From the NCBI GenBank assembly GCA_947085565.1, contig CAMTWZ010000009.1, positions 22,040-86,039 on the forward strand: DNA of 64,000 nucleotides, read 5' to 3'. Shown in pieces: positions 54,183 through 63,931 of this stretch. Origin of the DNA: an uncultured Bacteroidota bacterium (GTDB taxonomy: Bacteria; Bacteroidota; Rhodothermia; Balneolales; HLUCCA01). The translations under genes were made by a program, and so were the position numbers. Each line of letters opens with the position of its first letter. The stretch's first letter is position 1. The notes beneath the pieces are model-generated. The model saw only the letters and a program-made list of their open reading frames with translations, ran no database searches and was not told the origin of the DNA.

Positions 54183-54899
54183 TCAATAGACGATGTAAAT
54201 CCAGATGGGTAGGACGAAAAAGCCGAGAGCAATCGCCACGCCGATGATGCCCGCGACCGTGTACAGAACCGGCGCCATTTTCTTGTTCATAGCTCCGAGC
54301 GATTGCAAGGCGCTCCATACGCCATGGCGCAGGTGGAATGCCAGCATGAGCATGACACCGCTGTAAATGACCACTTTCAGAAGGTTGTCTTTGAAAATCT
54401 CAACCACCAACTTCGATACGTCGCGCATCTGTTTGCCGCCTTCAATCGTGGTATAATAAGCGACATCGGCCGTATCCCATCCGGGACCGAATTTCATGGT
54501 TTTCAAGTGCATGAACATGAACAGGAAGAGAATCGTGCCGCTGATGATCATGGTGCGGGAACTGAAGCTCTGGCGGCTTGGATTTCCGCGGCTTGCGGTA
54601 ACCTCATACGCTTCGGGACGCGCTTTGCGCTTACCCAGCCAGATCGCGACACCGATGTAGGCGTGGATCAGAAAGATGGCCGCCAGACCGAACTCGATGA
54701 TGTACAGCAGAAATCCCAGATCGTGCAGGAAAAGCGCATATCGGTTGAACACATTGTCTGGTACCGCCGGATCGATCACGAATAGGGTGAGATTGGCTGA
54801 CAGGTGGCCGATGAGAAACAGGACCAATGCGATGCCTGTGACTCCAGTTAATAGTTTGCGTCCAACCGAATTTTGGAACGCGGTCAATAGGGTAAGCAT
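54183..54899 (-). CDS. sdhC: succinate dehydrogenase cytochrome b subunit (b558 family)
   Basis: 238 aa, 5 TM helices with conserved His residues. Sits directly upstream of sdhA/sdhB. Confidence 0.85.
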   Translation of the reverse strand: MLTLLTAFQNSVGRKLLTGVTGIALVLFLIGHLSANLTLFVIDPAVPDNVFNRYALFLHDLGFLLYIIEFGLAAIFLIHAYIGVAIWLGKRKARPEAYEVTASRGNPSRQSFSSRTMIISGTILFLFMFMHLKTMKFGPGWDTADVAYYTTIEGGKQMRDVSKLVVEIFKDNLLKVVIYSGVMLMLAFHLRHGVWSALQSLGAMNKKMAPVLYTVAGIIGVAIALGFFVLPIWIYIVY

Positions 54900-54970
54900 G
54901 CTGGCAGGATGACCTATGGTTTGCGGTTTTTATTGTAAGGAATATAACGGTTTCAGACTCTTAAAAGAAC

Positions 54971-56128
54971 TCAAAGGAACATGGTTCCGTTCTCCAGACA
55001 GGCCGCCAGCGCACGAAATGAGGCTTTTTTGTCGGAATGGCGAAGCAGTCGTTCCGAAAGCGTTCCATGCTTCAAAATGACATTCATGGCCGCCTCCGAA
55101 TCGTTGTTTGGCAAGGCTCCTCCCTCTTTGTGACACGAAACCCAGAAATCGAGAACAGTGCCGAATGTCCCGTATTCAGGCAGGGTGTCTAAAGAGGCTT
55201 TTCCGCCATGGAGGATGGTGGTGGAGAGCAACTCCGCGAGCCGATCGGTGGAGGTCTCCCGTACGGTCTCAAACTGATCCATGAACCGATTCACAGCGCG
55301 GTCAATCATCATCAGAACGGCGATATCGGCCGCGGGACATTCCTGGATGTCGGTCACACGAATCTCGATGGCGTTCCGGTCGAACCGGGCGATGGCTCCG
55401 CGCGCGTTGAGCCATTCCTCCTGCAAGATTCCATCAGGATCCAGCGGAGCGATATCCTCATACATGGGCTTGAGAATGGTGTCGAGATACTCCTGTTCCG
55501 AAAACACGGGTTCGGGAATCACGTTTCCGGTGACGGATGGAATGCGCGCCGCGTTTGACCGATACACCGCAAGCCGACCATCCAACTCAGCAGCGACAAC
55601 ATTATCGCGAAATGGACTGGATGCGGCAATGGCAGGAATCAGGGGAAGAACCATCCGAATGGCGGCATGAAGCTGGGCGAATTCCTCATCTCCGTCGAAA
55701 GGCAGGTTCAGATGAGTGCTTTGCAGATTGGCCCACCCGTGTCCGCGGCAGTCGAAAATGCGGTCGAACGCGGCGTAAATCTCGTTATAACCGTGTGGCC
55801 ACAGCACCATTTCCTTGTAGGGATCCATCCAAGGATGCATCGCGCTGGGCATGAGCATGGCGTGATGCGGCTCTAAAAGCCGGTTGATGGTCCTTACGTG
55901 GCTCTGAAACACATCCGCCAATCCTGCGAGCGACCTCACAGGCTCGGTCACTTTCAGCTCGATCACATGGGCCACGAGTTCATTCACCCAAGTGATGTCA
56001 TCATGTTCCACTTCACCTTGAACGCCTAAGACGGACTCCGCGATGGGTTTCACATCCAAGCTCGCCCGGTCCACGATCATGTACTCGAGTTCGACACCGT
56101 ACACCGATCCGAGCTTGTGCGTTGCCAT
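54971..56128 (-). CDS. carboxylate-amine ligase, glutamate-cysteine ligase family 2 (GCS2/YbdK-like)
   Basis: YGVELEYMIVD at the N-terminus and a glutamine-synthetase-fold-like pattern. The start shares 1 nt with the upstream stop (TGATG). Confidence 0.7.
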   Translation of the reverse strand: MATHKLGSVYGVELEYMIVDRASLDVKPIAESVLGVQGEVEHDDITWVNELVAHVIELKVTEPVRSLAGLADVFQSHVRTINRLLEPHHAMLMPSAMHPWMDPYKEMVLWPHGYNEIYAAFDRIFDCRGHGWANLQSTHLNLPFDGDEEFAQLHAAIRMVLPLIPAIAASSPFRDNVVAAELDGRLAVYRSNAARIPSVTGNVIPEPVFSEQEYLDTILKPMYEDIAPLDPDGILQEEWLNARGAIARFDRNAIEIRVTDIQECPAADIAVLMMIDRAVNRFMDQFETVRETSTDRLAELLSTTILHGGKASLDTLPEYGTFGTVLDFWVSCHKEGGALPNNDSEAAMNVILKHGTLSERLLRHSDKKASFRALAACLENGTMFL

Positions 56129-57600
56129 CAGTAGGCGCTCCTTTCGCGCTTGCGCTCTTCGATGCGCTTGAGAAAGACCTGCATCACAGTCAGGTACAGA
56201 TTGTCTTTGAGCAGGGTGTCTTCCACGCCCGAATCGATATTCGGATTGTCATTGATTTCAACCACGTAGGCCTTATCGCCGATTTGTTTCATGTCCACGC
56301 CGTACAGACCATCGCCGATGAGGTTGGCCACCGCCATGGCTCCTTTCATGACCGAACGAGGAACCAGTTCCACAGGGATGGTTTCCTGTCCGCCGAAACT
56401 GCGTTTTCCTTTCTCATCGCGCTTGATGATCTGCCAATGGCGCCGCGCCATGTAGTATTTGCAGGCGAAGATCGGGCGGCGGTCGATGATGCCGATCCGC
56501 CAATCGAACTCTGTGGGCATGAATTGCTGGGCGATGATCAGATCCGACTTATCCAGCATTTTGGTGGCGAATTCCAGCAATTCCTCGGGTGTGGAGGCTT
56601 TAACCACGCCTTGGGAAAACGCGCTGTCTGGCTGCTTGAGAATGACCGGAAGTCCCAACATTGGCACCACTTTGTCCACATTGTCCTTATGGACGATCAG
56701 TGTTTCGGGATGCGGGATTTCATGGTGATGCAACAGCTCGGCCAGATAGACTTTGTTGGAGCATTTGAGGATGGAGTCGGGGTCGTCCATCACCACCAGG
56801 CCTTCGGCGGCGGCGCGTCGAGCAAAACGAAAGGTGTGATGGTTCACATTCGTGGTTTCGCGAATGAACAGGGCGTCGAACTCTGCCAATCTGGAATAAT
56901 CCTCTTTGGTGATCAGCTCCGCGCCGATTCCCAATGATTCCGCCGCTTTGATGAACTTCTGCAAGGCTTTGGGATCGGAGGGCGAATCCACTTCCTTCGG
57001 ATTGTGCAGGATGGCCATATCGAACCGTGGTACGAACGGACGAGGTGAGCGCGCTTTTTTTCCTGAGAAATAGGCTTTGGTCACCTCCAGCACGAAGGGT
57101 TTGTGGTCTTCGGGCAACTCGCTCGCGGCAATGGGACTCATCGACGTGAATTGCCATTTCTTGCCCGTGTTCTCGAAATTCGCGCGGATGAACGGTGCTT
57201 GGAACAATCCGAAAAGCTGCTGTGCCAACCTATCGTAGCGCTTGGCCAGATTCCGACCGAAATAGATGCTTAGCACGAATTCGTGCGCTTTGATATGTCC
57301 CAGACTTTCCTGGATGAGCTCATCCAGATCATCACTCACAAACCGGATGATGGTCTGCGATTTCATGTCTTGGATGGTGGCGACATTGGGGATGGGCCGG
57401 TGTCCGCGCGCGGCGGCCAACAGCGACACATAATACCCGTTCGCTTGGTACCGGTAACTACGGCACAGGTTGAACACCTTCACTTTCTCGAGTTCGGAAA
57501 AGGATGGATCGGTCAGGTAACTCCGCGCCGAGACGACTTGGATTCCAGGCACATCGAGCTGCCAGTCGTTCGGATTGTTTACAACTACGATATTGTTCAT
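56128..57600 (-). CDS. RimK-like ATP-grasp ligase with an N-terminal RLAN-type domain
   Basis: N-terminal roughly 190 aa (YRYQANGYYVSLLAAARGHRPIPNVATIQD). Then a RimK-type ATP-grasp (PVILKQPDSAFSQGV, IAQQFMPTEFDWRIGII, YGVDMKQIGDKAYVVEINDNPNID). Confidence 0.75.
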   Translation of the reverse strand: MNNIVVVNNPNDWQLDVPGIQVVSARSYLTDPSFSELEKVKVFNLCRSYRYQANGYYVSLLAAARGHRPIPNVATIQDMKSQTIIRFVSDDLDELIQESLGHIKAHEFVLSIYFGRNLAKRYDRLAQQLFGLFQAPFIRANFENTGKKWQFTSMSPIAASELPEDHKPFVLEVTKAYFSGKKARSPRPFVPRFDMAILHNPKEVDSPSDPKALQKFIKAAESLGIGAELITKEDYSRLAEFDALFIRETTNVNHHTFRFARRAAAEGLVVMDDPDSILKCSNKVYLAELLHHHEIPHPETLIVHKDNVDKVVPMLGLPVILKQPDSAFSQGVVKASTPEELLEFATKMLDKSDLIIAQQFMPTEFDWRIGIIDRRPIFACKYYMARRHWQIIKRDEKGKRSFGGQETIPVELVPRSVMKGAMAVANLIGDGLYGVDMKQIGDKAYVVEINDNPNIDSGVEDTLLKDNLYLTVMQVFLKRIEERKRERSAY

Positions 57601-58298
57601 GTGGGTTCTAAGACAAGCATGTTGGCATCATAAGTGAGGATTCCGAGCAAGATCGCATTGATCAAGCGGTCCATCCTCACGTGGTAATAGGATCCGGAAA
57701 AACCTGGGTTGTGTTGAAGAGGGTCTGCCACTCGAACGGTTTTTTCCGCCTCATCGTATCCTGACAGAACCACGAAATGTCCCGTGGCGAACCCGCGCAA
57801 GTCGTCATAATCGCTATTGGGACCATATTCCCGCTCACATTGGTACAAATAGGTGGCGCTGAGTCCGGTAAGTACAGGAGTCTCTTTCTTGAGCAGGGAT
57901 CTGATCAGTGTCGGATTGAGGTCTCTGAATTGGATCGTTCCGCCGAGATCCAGGAATTCCATGTAGGCTTGGGCCGCTTTCTGAAATTTCCGCCCGGTCT
58001 TGTGCTCGTTCTGCTGGCGAAGTTTCTCTTTGAGCTCGCGCGAATCCAACCCTGCCCATGTGGGGTCGAACACGTGCAGATTGTAGGTGAACAGTGTGGC
58101 GTCATATCCCCGTTTGAGCGCATGGATGGCAAGAAGTACGGCCAAGGTCCCTCCTTCTTCGAGGGTCTGCACTTCTTGGATCACCTGGTTCAGATCCAAG
58201 GTTTCGCCGAAATAGCTGTAAACGGCGTGAAGGCAGGTGGGTCCGCAGGTGGTGTCGTCGGGTTGGGGAAGAATTTGAAGATGAAGCGGACTTCGCAT
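57597..58298 (-). CDS. papain-fold cysteine peptidase, C39-like
   Basis: LPQPDDTTCGPTCLHAVYSYFG (catalytic Cys context) and TGHFVVLSGYD (His context). ATGA overlap with the ATP-grasp gene. Confidence 0.6.
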   Translation of the reverse strand: MRSPLHLQILPQPDDTTCGPTCLHAVYSYFGETLDLNQVIQEVQTLEEGGTLAVLLAIHALKRGYDATLFTYNLHVFDPTWAGLDSRELKEKLRQQNEHKTGRKFQKAAQAYMEFLDLGGTIQFRDLNPTLIRSLLKKETPVLTGLSATYLYQCEREYGPNSDYDDLRGFATGHFVVLSGYDEAEKTVRVADPLQHNPGFSGSYYHVRMDRLINAILLGILTYDANMLVLEPT

Positions 58299-58301
58299 CC
58301 C

Positions 58302-59048
58302 CTAATGTAGCGTCTTTTCAGCGAGTCTGTGAGGAAAAAGTAACCAGAGCCGCCCTTGCCGAAGGGCGATATCGACAACCGGTTCATCGAATTCATGAAC
58401 GGATACGGTTTTGAAAGCGCCATCCATAATGAAGACGGATTTCCCTGCGCTTACGGCCAGGCCGTCGGCACTTCCGGCCACTCGGCGGATGGTTTCCGGA
58501 AAGGTTCGAAAACCGATTTCCAGGCCGAATCGGTTCAGAATGAACAGGGTTTTCCCTTGTGCGATGAGCACATGGTCGCCGGATACGGCCACATCCGCCA
58601 CGCTTTCATTCCGAAACGAGGGCGGGGAGAACGCTGCATCGATTTCTCCATTGGGTCGGAATTTCCTGATCGCCCGCTGCTGGGTGTCCAAGGCGAATAG
58701 TTCGCGGTAACGGTTCAGCGCGATCCGGTCGAACCGATCGTTGCGGGAGTGGATTTCACTGACGAACTGAAGATGCCGGTCGAGCAGAACGATTCGCCGG
58801 GTTCCGGGATCGGCCACATACACGGTGAGTTCGTGGGTGGCGTCCAGGTCGGTGGGATCGTTGTAGGCATTGAATCGGGATCCGCGTCCGCCGCTGGTGC
58901 GGATACCGGCTTCGCCGAGGGCAAGCAAGGTGAACGAACCCGAATCCATCACAAAAGTTTCTCCGGATGCGGAAACCGATATGGAAACCGCGTTGTCGAA
59001 TCTGAGCGAATCGGTTGCGAGAAAATTAAGGACGAGAAGAAGCCACAC
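58302..59048 (-). CDS. hypothetical protein, NHL-repeat-like beta-propeller fragments
   Basis: 248 aa, GTG start. Blades resembling NHL repeats (TVYVADPGTRRIVLLD). The stop is 3 nt from the C39-like ATG. The start overlaps the purD 3' end by 23 nt. Confidence 0.4.
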   Translation of the reverse strand: MWLLLVLNFLATDSLRFDNAVSISVSASGETFVMDSGSFTLLALGEAGIRTSGGRGSRFNAYNDPTDLDATHELTVYVADPGTRRIVLLDRHLQFVSEIHSRNDRFDRIALNRYRELFALDTQQRAIRKFRPNGEIDAAFSPPSFRNESVADVAVSGDHVLIAQGKTLFILNRFGLEIGFRTFPETIRRVAGSADGLAVSAGKSVFIMDGAFKTVSVHEFDEPVVDIALRQGRLWLLFPHRLAEKTLH

Positions 59049-60327
59049 GGCGGAGTCCCTTCTGTCCGATGTCTATGCGGTAGGTGGCGCCTTCGAACTG
59101 GATCCGCTCCACCGACGCGTACGCCTTATCAATGGCTTCCTGCAGTGTCATGCCATGGCCGACCACGTTCAATACCCGGCCGCCATGGGTCACGATCTGT
59201 CCGTCGATTTCGGCCGTACCGCTATGGAAGACGGTCACATCCTCATCCACCAATCCCAATCCTTGGATGGGAAAACCCTTCATGTAAGCTCCTGGATACC
59301 CCTTCGACGCCATCACCACGGAGCAGAAATATCCGGGCTTGCTACTGAAGGAGGCGTATTCGAGTCGGCCGCTTACCGTCATGAGCATCATTTCGAGTAG
59401 GTCCTGTTCCAACGACGGAACGATGACCTGGCACTCCGGATCGCCGAAACGGCAATTGTATTCGACCACTTTCGGACCCTCCGAAGTCATCATCAAACCG
59501 GTGTACAGAACGCCTTTGTACGGAGTGGCTTCCATGGCCATCGCGTCGATCGTGGGTTGCACGATGGTGTTGAAGATATGCTCCAGAGCGGCTTGGTCGA
59601 GCAATGGCGCCGGGGCGTAAGCACCCATGCCACCGGTGTTCAAGCCGGTATCGTTATCGCCGATGCGCTTGTGATCTTGCGCATATCCGATGAGTTTGGC
59701 GGTTTGCCCATCCGAAAGGGCGAAAACCGAGACTTCCTCGCCTTGCATGAATTCTTCGACGACGAAGAAATCGGCGGCGGCACTCAGGTTCACGTCATTG
59801 AGGATGGTATCGAGCACATCGCTGGCTTCTTCGGCGCTGGAGCAGATGAACACGCCTTTTCCGGCGGCCAGGCCATCGGCTTTCAATACCACGGGAAACA
59901 CGTCCATATTGGAGATGTATTCGCGGATCTGCGAGACTTCATGCCGTTCGAAGACATGGTAAGCGGCGGTCGGAATCCCGTATTTCTGCATGATCGATTT
60001 GGAGTAGCTTTTGCTTCCCTCCAATCTGGCTGCGGCTTTCGACGGACCGAACACCTTGTGCCCATAATCTTCCAGATAATCGGTGAGACCATCGACGAGC
60101 GGTTTTTCAGGTCCGATCACAACGAAAGTGATGCCGTTGGCTTCGATGAATTCCAACACCGCTTCGAAATCATCCACATCCAGAGACACATTGGTTCCGA
60201 ACTGTGCGGTACCCGGATTGCCGGGAGCGATAAACAGTGACTCGAGCATTGGAGATTTCGCCAAGCCCCAGGCGAGAGCGTGTTCGCGGCCGCCACTTCC
60301 AATCAGGAGTACCTTATAGGTTTCCAT
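59026..60327 (-). CDS. purD: phosphoribosylamine-glycine ligase
   Basis: VLLIGSGGREHALAW, ATP-grasp core, EYNCRFGDPE. Confidence 0.95.
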   Translation of the reverse strand: METYKVLLIGSGGREHALAWGLAKSPMLESLFIAPGNPGTAQFGTNVSLDVDDFEAVLEFIEANGITFVVIGPEKPLVDGLTDYLEDYGHKVFGPSKAAARLEGSKSYSKSIMQKYGIPTAAYHVFERHEVSQIREYISNMDVFPVVLKADGLAAGKGVFICSSAEEASDVLDTILNDVNLSAAADFFVVEEFMQGEEVSVFALSDGQTAKLIGYAQDHKRIGDNDTGLNTGGMGAYAPAPLLDQAALEHIFNTIVQPTIDAMAMEATPYKGVLYTGLMMTSEGPKVVEYNCRFGDPECQVIVPSLEQDLLEMMLMTVSGRLEYASFSSKPGYFCSVVMASKGYPGAYMKGFPIQGLGLVDEDVTVFHSGTAEIDGQIVTHGGRVLNVVGHGMTLQEAIDKAYASVERIQFEGATYRIDIGQKGLRRVASSRP

Positions 60328-60328
60328 A

Positions 60329-61060
60329 TCAGCGGAGTTTGATTGCGGTTTGCACGACAGACATCAGCCCGTCGGCATTGAGACTCGCGCCCCCGATGAG
60401 TCCGCCGTCGACATCCGGCTGACTCAACAATTCACCCGCGTTATCGGGTTTCATGCTTCCTCCATACAGGATCTTGGTATCGGCGATGAGAAGCGAGCGG
60501 ATGAAAGCGTGCATTTCCTGAGCCTGCTGGGGCGATGCGGTTTCGCCGGTGCCGATGGCCCAAACCGGCTCATAGGCGATCACGACCTTCGCGACTTCGG
60601 CGGCACTGAGTCCGTCCAAAGCGGCCAGAGTCTGGGTTTTCACCACATCAAAATGGATTCCTTTTTTGCGCTCTTCGAGCACTTCTCCGACACAAAGAAC
60701 AGGTGTGATTCCAGATTCCAACGCTTTGCGCACTTTTTTGGCGACGATGGCATCCGTTTCACCGAAATACTGACGGCGTTCGGAATGTCCCACGATCACG
60801 TAAGTCACTCCCATCGCGGCGAGCATGGATCCGGAAATTTCGCCTGTGTACGCGCCATTGTTCTCGAAATGCAGATTCTGAGCGCCGATGGAGGCGTTAC
60901 CGGAACGCACCAGAGCCGACGGTAGCGAGACGAAGGGAACGCAGATGAGCGTTTCCACCTCGGGATGGCGCGGCGCGTTGAACGCTGCGAAAAAGGCTTC
61001 GGTCTCGGCGGGACCATTATTCATTTTCCAGTTGCCGGCGATCAAAAAAGAGCGTTTCAT
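60329..61060 (-). CDS. tpiA: triosephosphate isomerase
   Basis: IAGNWKMN, VGHSERR, AYEPVWAIGTG, LYGGS. Confidence 0.95.
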   Translation of the reverse strand: MKRSFLIAGNWKMNNGPAETEAFFAAFNAPRHPEVETLICVPFVSLPSALVRSGNASIGAQNLHFENNGAYTGEISGSMLAAMGVTYVIVGHSERRQYFGETDAIVAKKVRKALESGITPVLCVGEVLEERKKGIHFDVVKTQTLAALDGLSAAEVAKVVIAYEPVWAIGTGETASPQQAQEMHAFIRSLLIADTKILYGGSMKPDNAGELLSQPDVDGGLIGGASLNADGLMSVVQTAIKLR

Positions 61061-62385
61061 TACAGATTCGGGATGGTGAGAAGTGGGTTGAGGTCGGCTT
61101 CGAATTCAGCGGTGTCGTACACGAAATAACGGCCGATCACTAATCCGTCGGATCCGACCAGATAACGCATCGGAACCCGGTCCACGCGCAGCTGATCTCC
61201 GATCGCAGACCGGTTGAACGCGCCGAACGGGGTGAACGTCCACTGTTTTTTGCGTTCGATGAAGAAACCGTCGATGATTTCGGGATAGGCGTCGAGAGGT
61301 ACCGTGATGAATCGGATGCCTTTCGGCGCGGCTTTGGCATGAAGTCGGGCCAGAGCCGGATACGTGGCGACGTACGGACCACCCGCCAGCGTCACGAACT
61401 CAATCATATACGGCTTGCCCTTCAGGCTTTGCGATGTGATGGAATCGGTTTGGGAAGTGTAAATCGTGAAATCTGGAAGTCGTTTTCCGGGAATCAGATT
61501 CATCAACTCATATTCGAGGCTTTCGGCCCAGTTGTCGTATGCGGTGCCTTTGTGAGTTCGGCGGAACGCATTCACTTCGGCCAATGCCCGGGTTTCATCT
61601 CCCATCACCAACATCAGTTCGATGCGGCGCATATCCGCGGAACTTTTCAACTCCTTGTCTTTCACGGACGCTTTCAGAGCATCGACATAGGCCAATCCGG
61701 CTTCCAAACCGTCTTTTTGCAACGCCAATTCCGCACCTACGGTCAATTTGGTCGCGAAATCGGATTTTGAATTCCCCAATTCCGAAATCCGTGCACTGAG
61801 CTTTTCATTATCGACTCCGAACAACATTTCGATGCTGTTCATACTGCCCTGCTCGGCGGCATAGGTTCCGGGACTGGATTCACGCAGCGACCAATACAGA
61901 TCGCTCCATTGCAGAATGAGTGAACGGACGGAATCGGGTGTGACTACGCCCGAAGTCGCGATCCGCATCAGCCGGTCGTATTGGCGGTTTAAGCGAAGCA
62001 GCGTCTGCCAAGCGTTGTTTTCCCGGGATTCGGCTTGGAACGTCTGCGCAAGTCTGGGAATGGCTCCTGAGATGCGGATCGTATCGCCCGGCGCCAGAAT
62101 CACATCTCCCACATGCAGAATGCGGTTGTTGCGCGAGATGGTGAACGGATACGCACCGGGCTGCGATACAGTGATCACTCCACTGAAATAACCGTCGATA
62201 TCCGTTTCAGCCTTGAAGAGCGTGTCGCCCAACATGGTGATGTCCACAATGATTCCAGTGAGGTCGTTGCTGCCATCTACAGTGATCACACCCGACAGGA
62301 TCGTGGTTTTCGGAACCGGTTCCGTTTTTTGTGCGCAGGCCGCCGACAAGACCCAGAGTCCCGCCATCAACACCAATGCTCTCAT
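61060..62385 (-). CDS. TlpA/thioredoxin-fold protein lacking the CxxC motif, with an N-terminal carboxypeptidase-regulatory-like domain
   Basis: Signal peptide. GVITVDG...GYFSG beta-sandwich pattern. The C-terminal thioredoxin-like fold (GKPYMIEFVTLAGGPYVATYPAL) has LAGGPY where WCGPC is expected. Confidence 0.55.
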   Translation of the reverse strand: MRALVLMAGLWVLSAACAQKTEPVPKTTILSGVITVDGSNDLTGIIVDITMLGDTLFKAETDIDGYFSGVITVSQPGAYPFTISRNNRILHVGDVILAPGDTIRISGAIPRLAQTFQAESRENNAWQTLLRLNRQYDRLMRIATSGVVTPDSVRSLILQWSDLYWSLRESSPGTYAAEQGSMNSIEMLFGVDNEKLSARISELGNSKSDFATKLTVGAELALQKDGLEAGLAYVDALKASVKDKELKSSADMRRIELMLVMGDETRALAEVNAFRRTHKGTAYDNWAESLEYELMNLIPGKRLPDFTIYTSQTDSITSQSLKGKPYMIEFVTLAGGPYVATYPALARLHAKAAPKGIRFITVPLDAYPEIIDGFFIERKKQWTFTPFGAFNRSAIGDQLRVDRVPMRYLVGSDGLVIGRYFVYDTAEFEADLNPLLTIPNL

Positions 62386-63857
62386 GCTTGTTCTTTGAGT
62401 TTCCGAGTGACGATTTCAGACACCATCTGCGGATTCGCCTTTCCTTGCGAAGCCCGCATCACATTTCCGACAAAAAAGCCTAATAAGCCGTCTTTCCCGC
62501 TGTTATAGGCTTTCACTTTGTCCATGTTCGATGCGATCACCTCATCCACCAAGGGTTCGAGGAAGGAGGTGTCAGACACTTGGATCAGACCTTTTTCCTT
62601 GGCGATGGTTTCCGCATCGCGCGAATCGGTGAGCATCAAGGTGATCAGTTCGGTCAGGCCATTGGAGCTGATGAGTCCGTCGATGCGCAATTTCAACGCG
62701 CCACGAAGGGCTTCGGGCGTGATCGGAAACTCACGGATCTCCAATTTGCGCTCATTCAGAATCGTGTTCACGAAGTTGGTGATCAGATTCGAAGCCATTT
62801 TCACGTCGCTGAGCGTGGGCTCGTAGCCGGCCAGATTCTGCATGGTCACGGGCTGACCCGAAACCACCGTATCGAAATAATCGCCTTTGGCTTTGTCTTC
62901 GGTAAGCAGAAACGCATCGAAATCAGGCACACCGATCGAAGCGTAGCGCTGCAGCCGTTGCTCCGGCATTTCGGGAAGTTCGGCTCGGATGTCGGCCAAA
63001 AGAGCTTCGGTCACGATCACAGGTGGAAGATCCGGCTCCGGGAAATAACGGTAATCATGCGCCTGCTCTTTGGAGCGCATTTCACGGGTTTCGAGCTTGT
63101 TCGCATCCCATAAGAGCGTGGTCTGCACCACTTTTCCGCCTTTGTCGAGCACTTTTCCTTGGCGGGCGACCTCGAAATGCAGCGCTCGTTCCACATTGCG
63201 GAACGAGTTCACGTTCTTGATTTCAGTACGCGTGCCGAGCGTGGTTTCTCCTACCGGACGGATACTCACGTTCGCATCGCAACGCAGGCTTCCTTCTTCC
63301 ATGTTTCCATCGCAGATTTCCAAGTATTGGACAATCTGTTTGATCTTGGTGAGGTAAGCGTAAGCTTCAGCCGGGTTAGAGATATCGGGTTCGGTCACGA
63401 TTTCGATCAGCGGCGTGCCGGCGCGGTTCAGATCCACGAGTGTGTTATAAGGATCCTGGTCGTGGATGGATTTACCCGCATCTTCTTCCATATGGATGCG
63501 GTTGATGCGGATGCGCTTGGTGCTGCCGTCTTCAAGTTGGATGTCGACATGCCCGTTGAAACAGATCGGCGTGTCGAATTGCGAGATCTGATAGCCTTTG
63601 GGCAGATCCGGATAGAAATAATTCTTGCGTGCGAAGATGGAACGTGGAGCGATCTGGCAATTCGTGGCCAGGCCCATTTTCACGGTGAACCGCACATGGT
63701 TTTCGTTCAGAACGGGAAGTGTGCCCGGGTGACCCAGGCAAAGTGGTGTCACGTGTGTGTTGGGCGCGCCGCCGAATTCGGTGGTCACTGGCGCGAACGC
63801 TTTGCTTTTCGTCAGCAGTTGGGCATGCACTTCAAGACCGATCACAGTCTCGTACAT
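62382..63857 (-). CDS. gatB: Asp-tRNA(Asn)/Glu-tRNA(Gln) amidotransferase subunit B
   Basis: YETVIGLEVHAQL, RKNYFYPDLPKGYQISQ, and a C-terminal GatB/YqeY domain. The ATG at 63857 is preferred over the track TTG at 63881. Confidence 0.93.
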   Translation of the reverse strand: MYETVIGLEVHAQLLTKSKAFAPVTTEFGGAPNTHVTPLCLGHPGTLPVLNENHVRFTVKMGLATNCQIAPRSIFARKNYFYPDLPKGYQISQFDTPICFNGHVDIQLEDGSTKRIRINRIHMEEDAGKSIHDQDPYNTLVDLNRAGTPLIEIVTEPDISNPAEAYAYLTKIKQIVQYLEICDGNMEEGSLRCDANVSIRPVGETTLGTRTEIKNVNSFRNVERALHFEVARQGKVLDKGGKVVQTTLLWDANKLETREMRSKEQAHDYRYFPEPDLPPVIVTEALLADIRAELPEMPEQRLQRYASIGVPDFDAFLLTEDKAKGDYFDTVVSGQPVTMQNLAGYEPTLSDVKMASNLITNFVNTILNERKLEIREFPITPEALRGALKLRIDGLISSNGLTELITLMLTDSRDAETIAKEKGLIQVSDTSFLEPLVDEVIASNMDKVKAYNSGKDGLLGFFVGNVMRASQGKANPQMVSEIVTRKLKEQA

Positions 63858-63931
63858 GCCGGTTCTAAGTTCCGTATCCAAAGGAAAAACTTACATCCTG
63901 TGTTGGTGAGTGGCGGAATTTACAAAAAGTA

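Noticed and set aside
56122-56937. 271-aa ORF antisense to the ATP-grasp ligase gene
   Set aside because: It is a shadow ORF opposite a gene with clear ATP-grasp motifs, and its translation has no recognisable domain.
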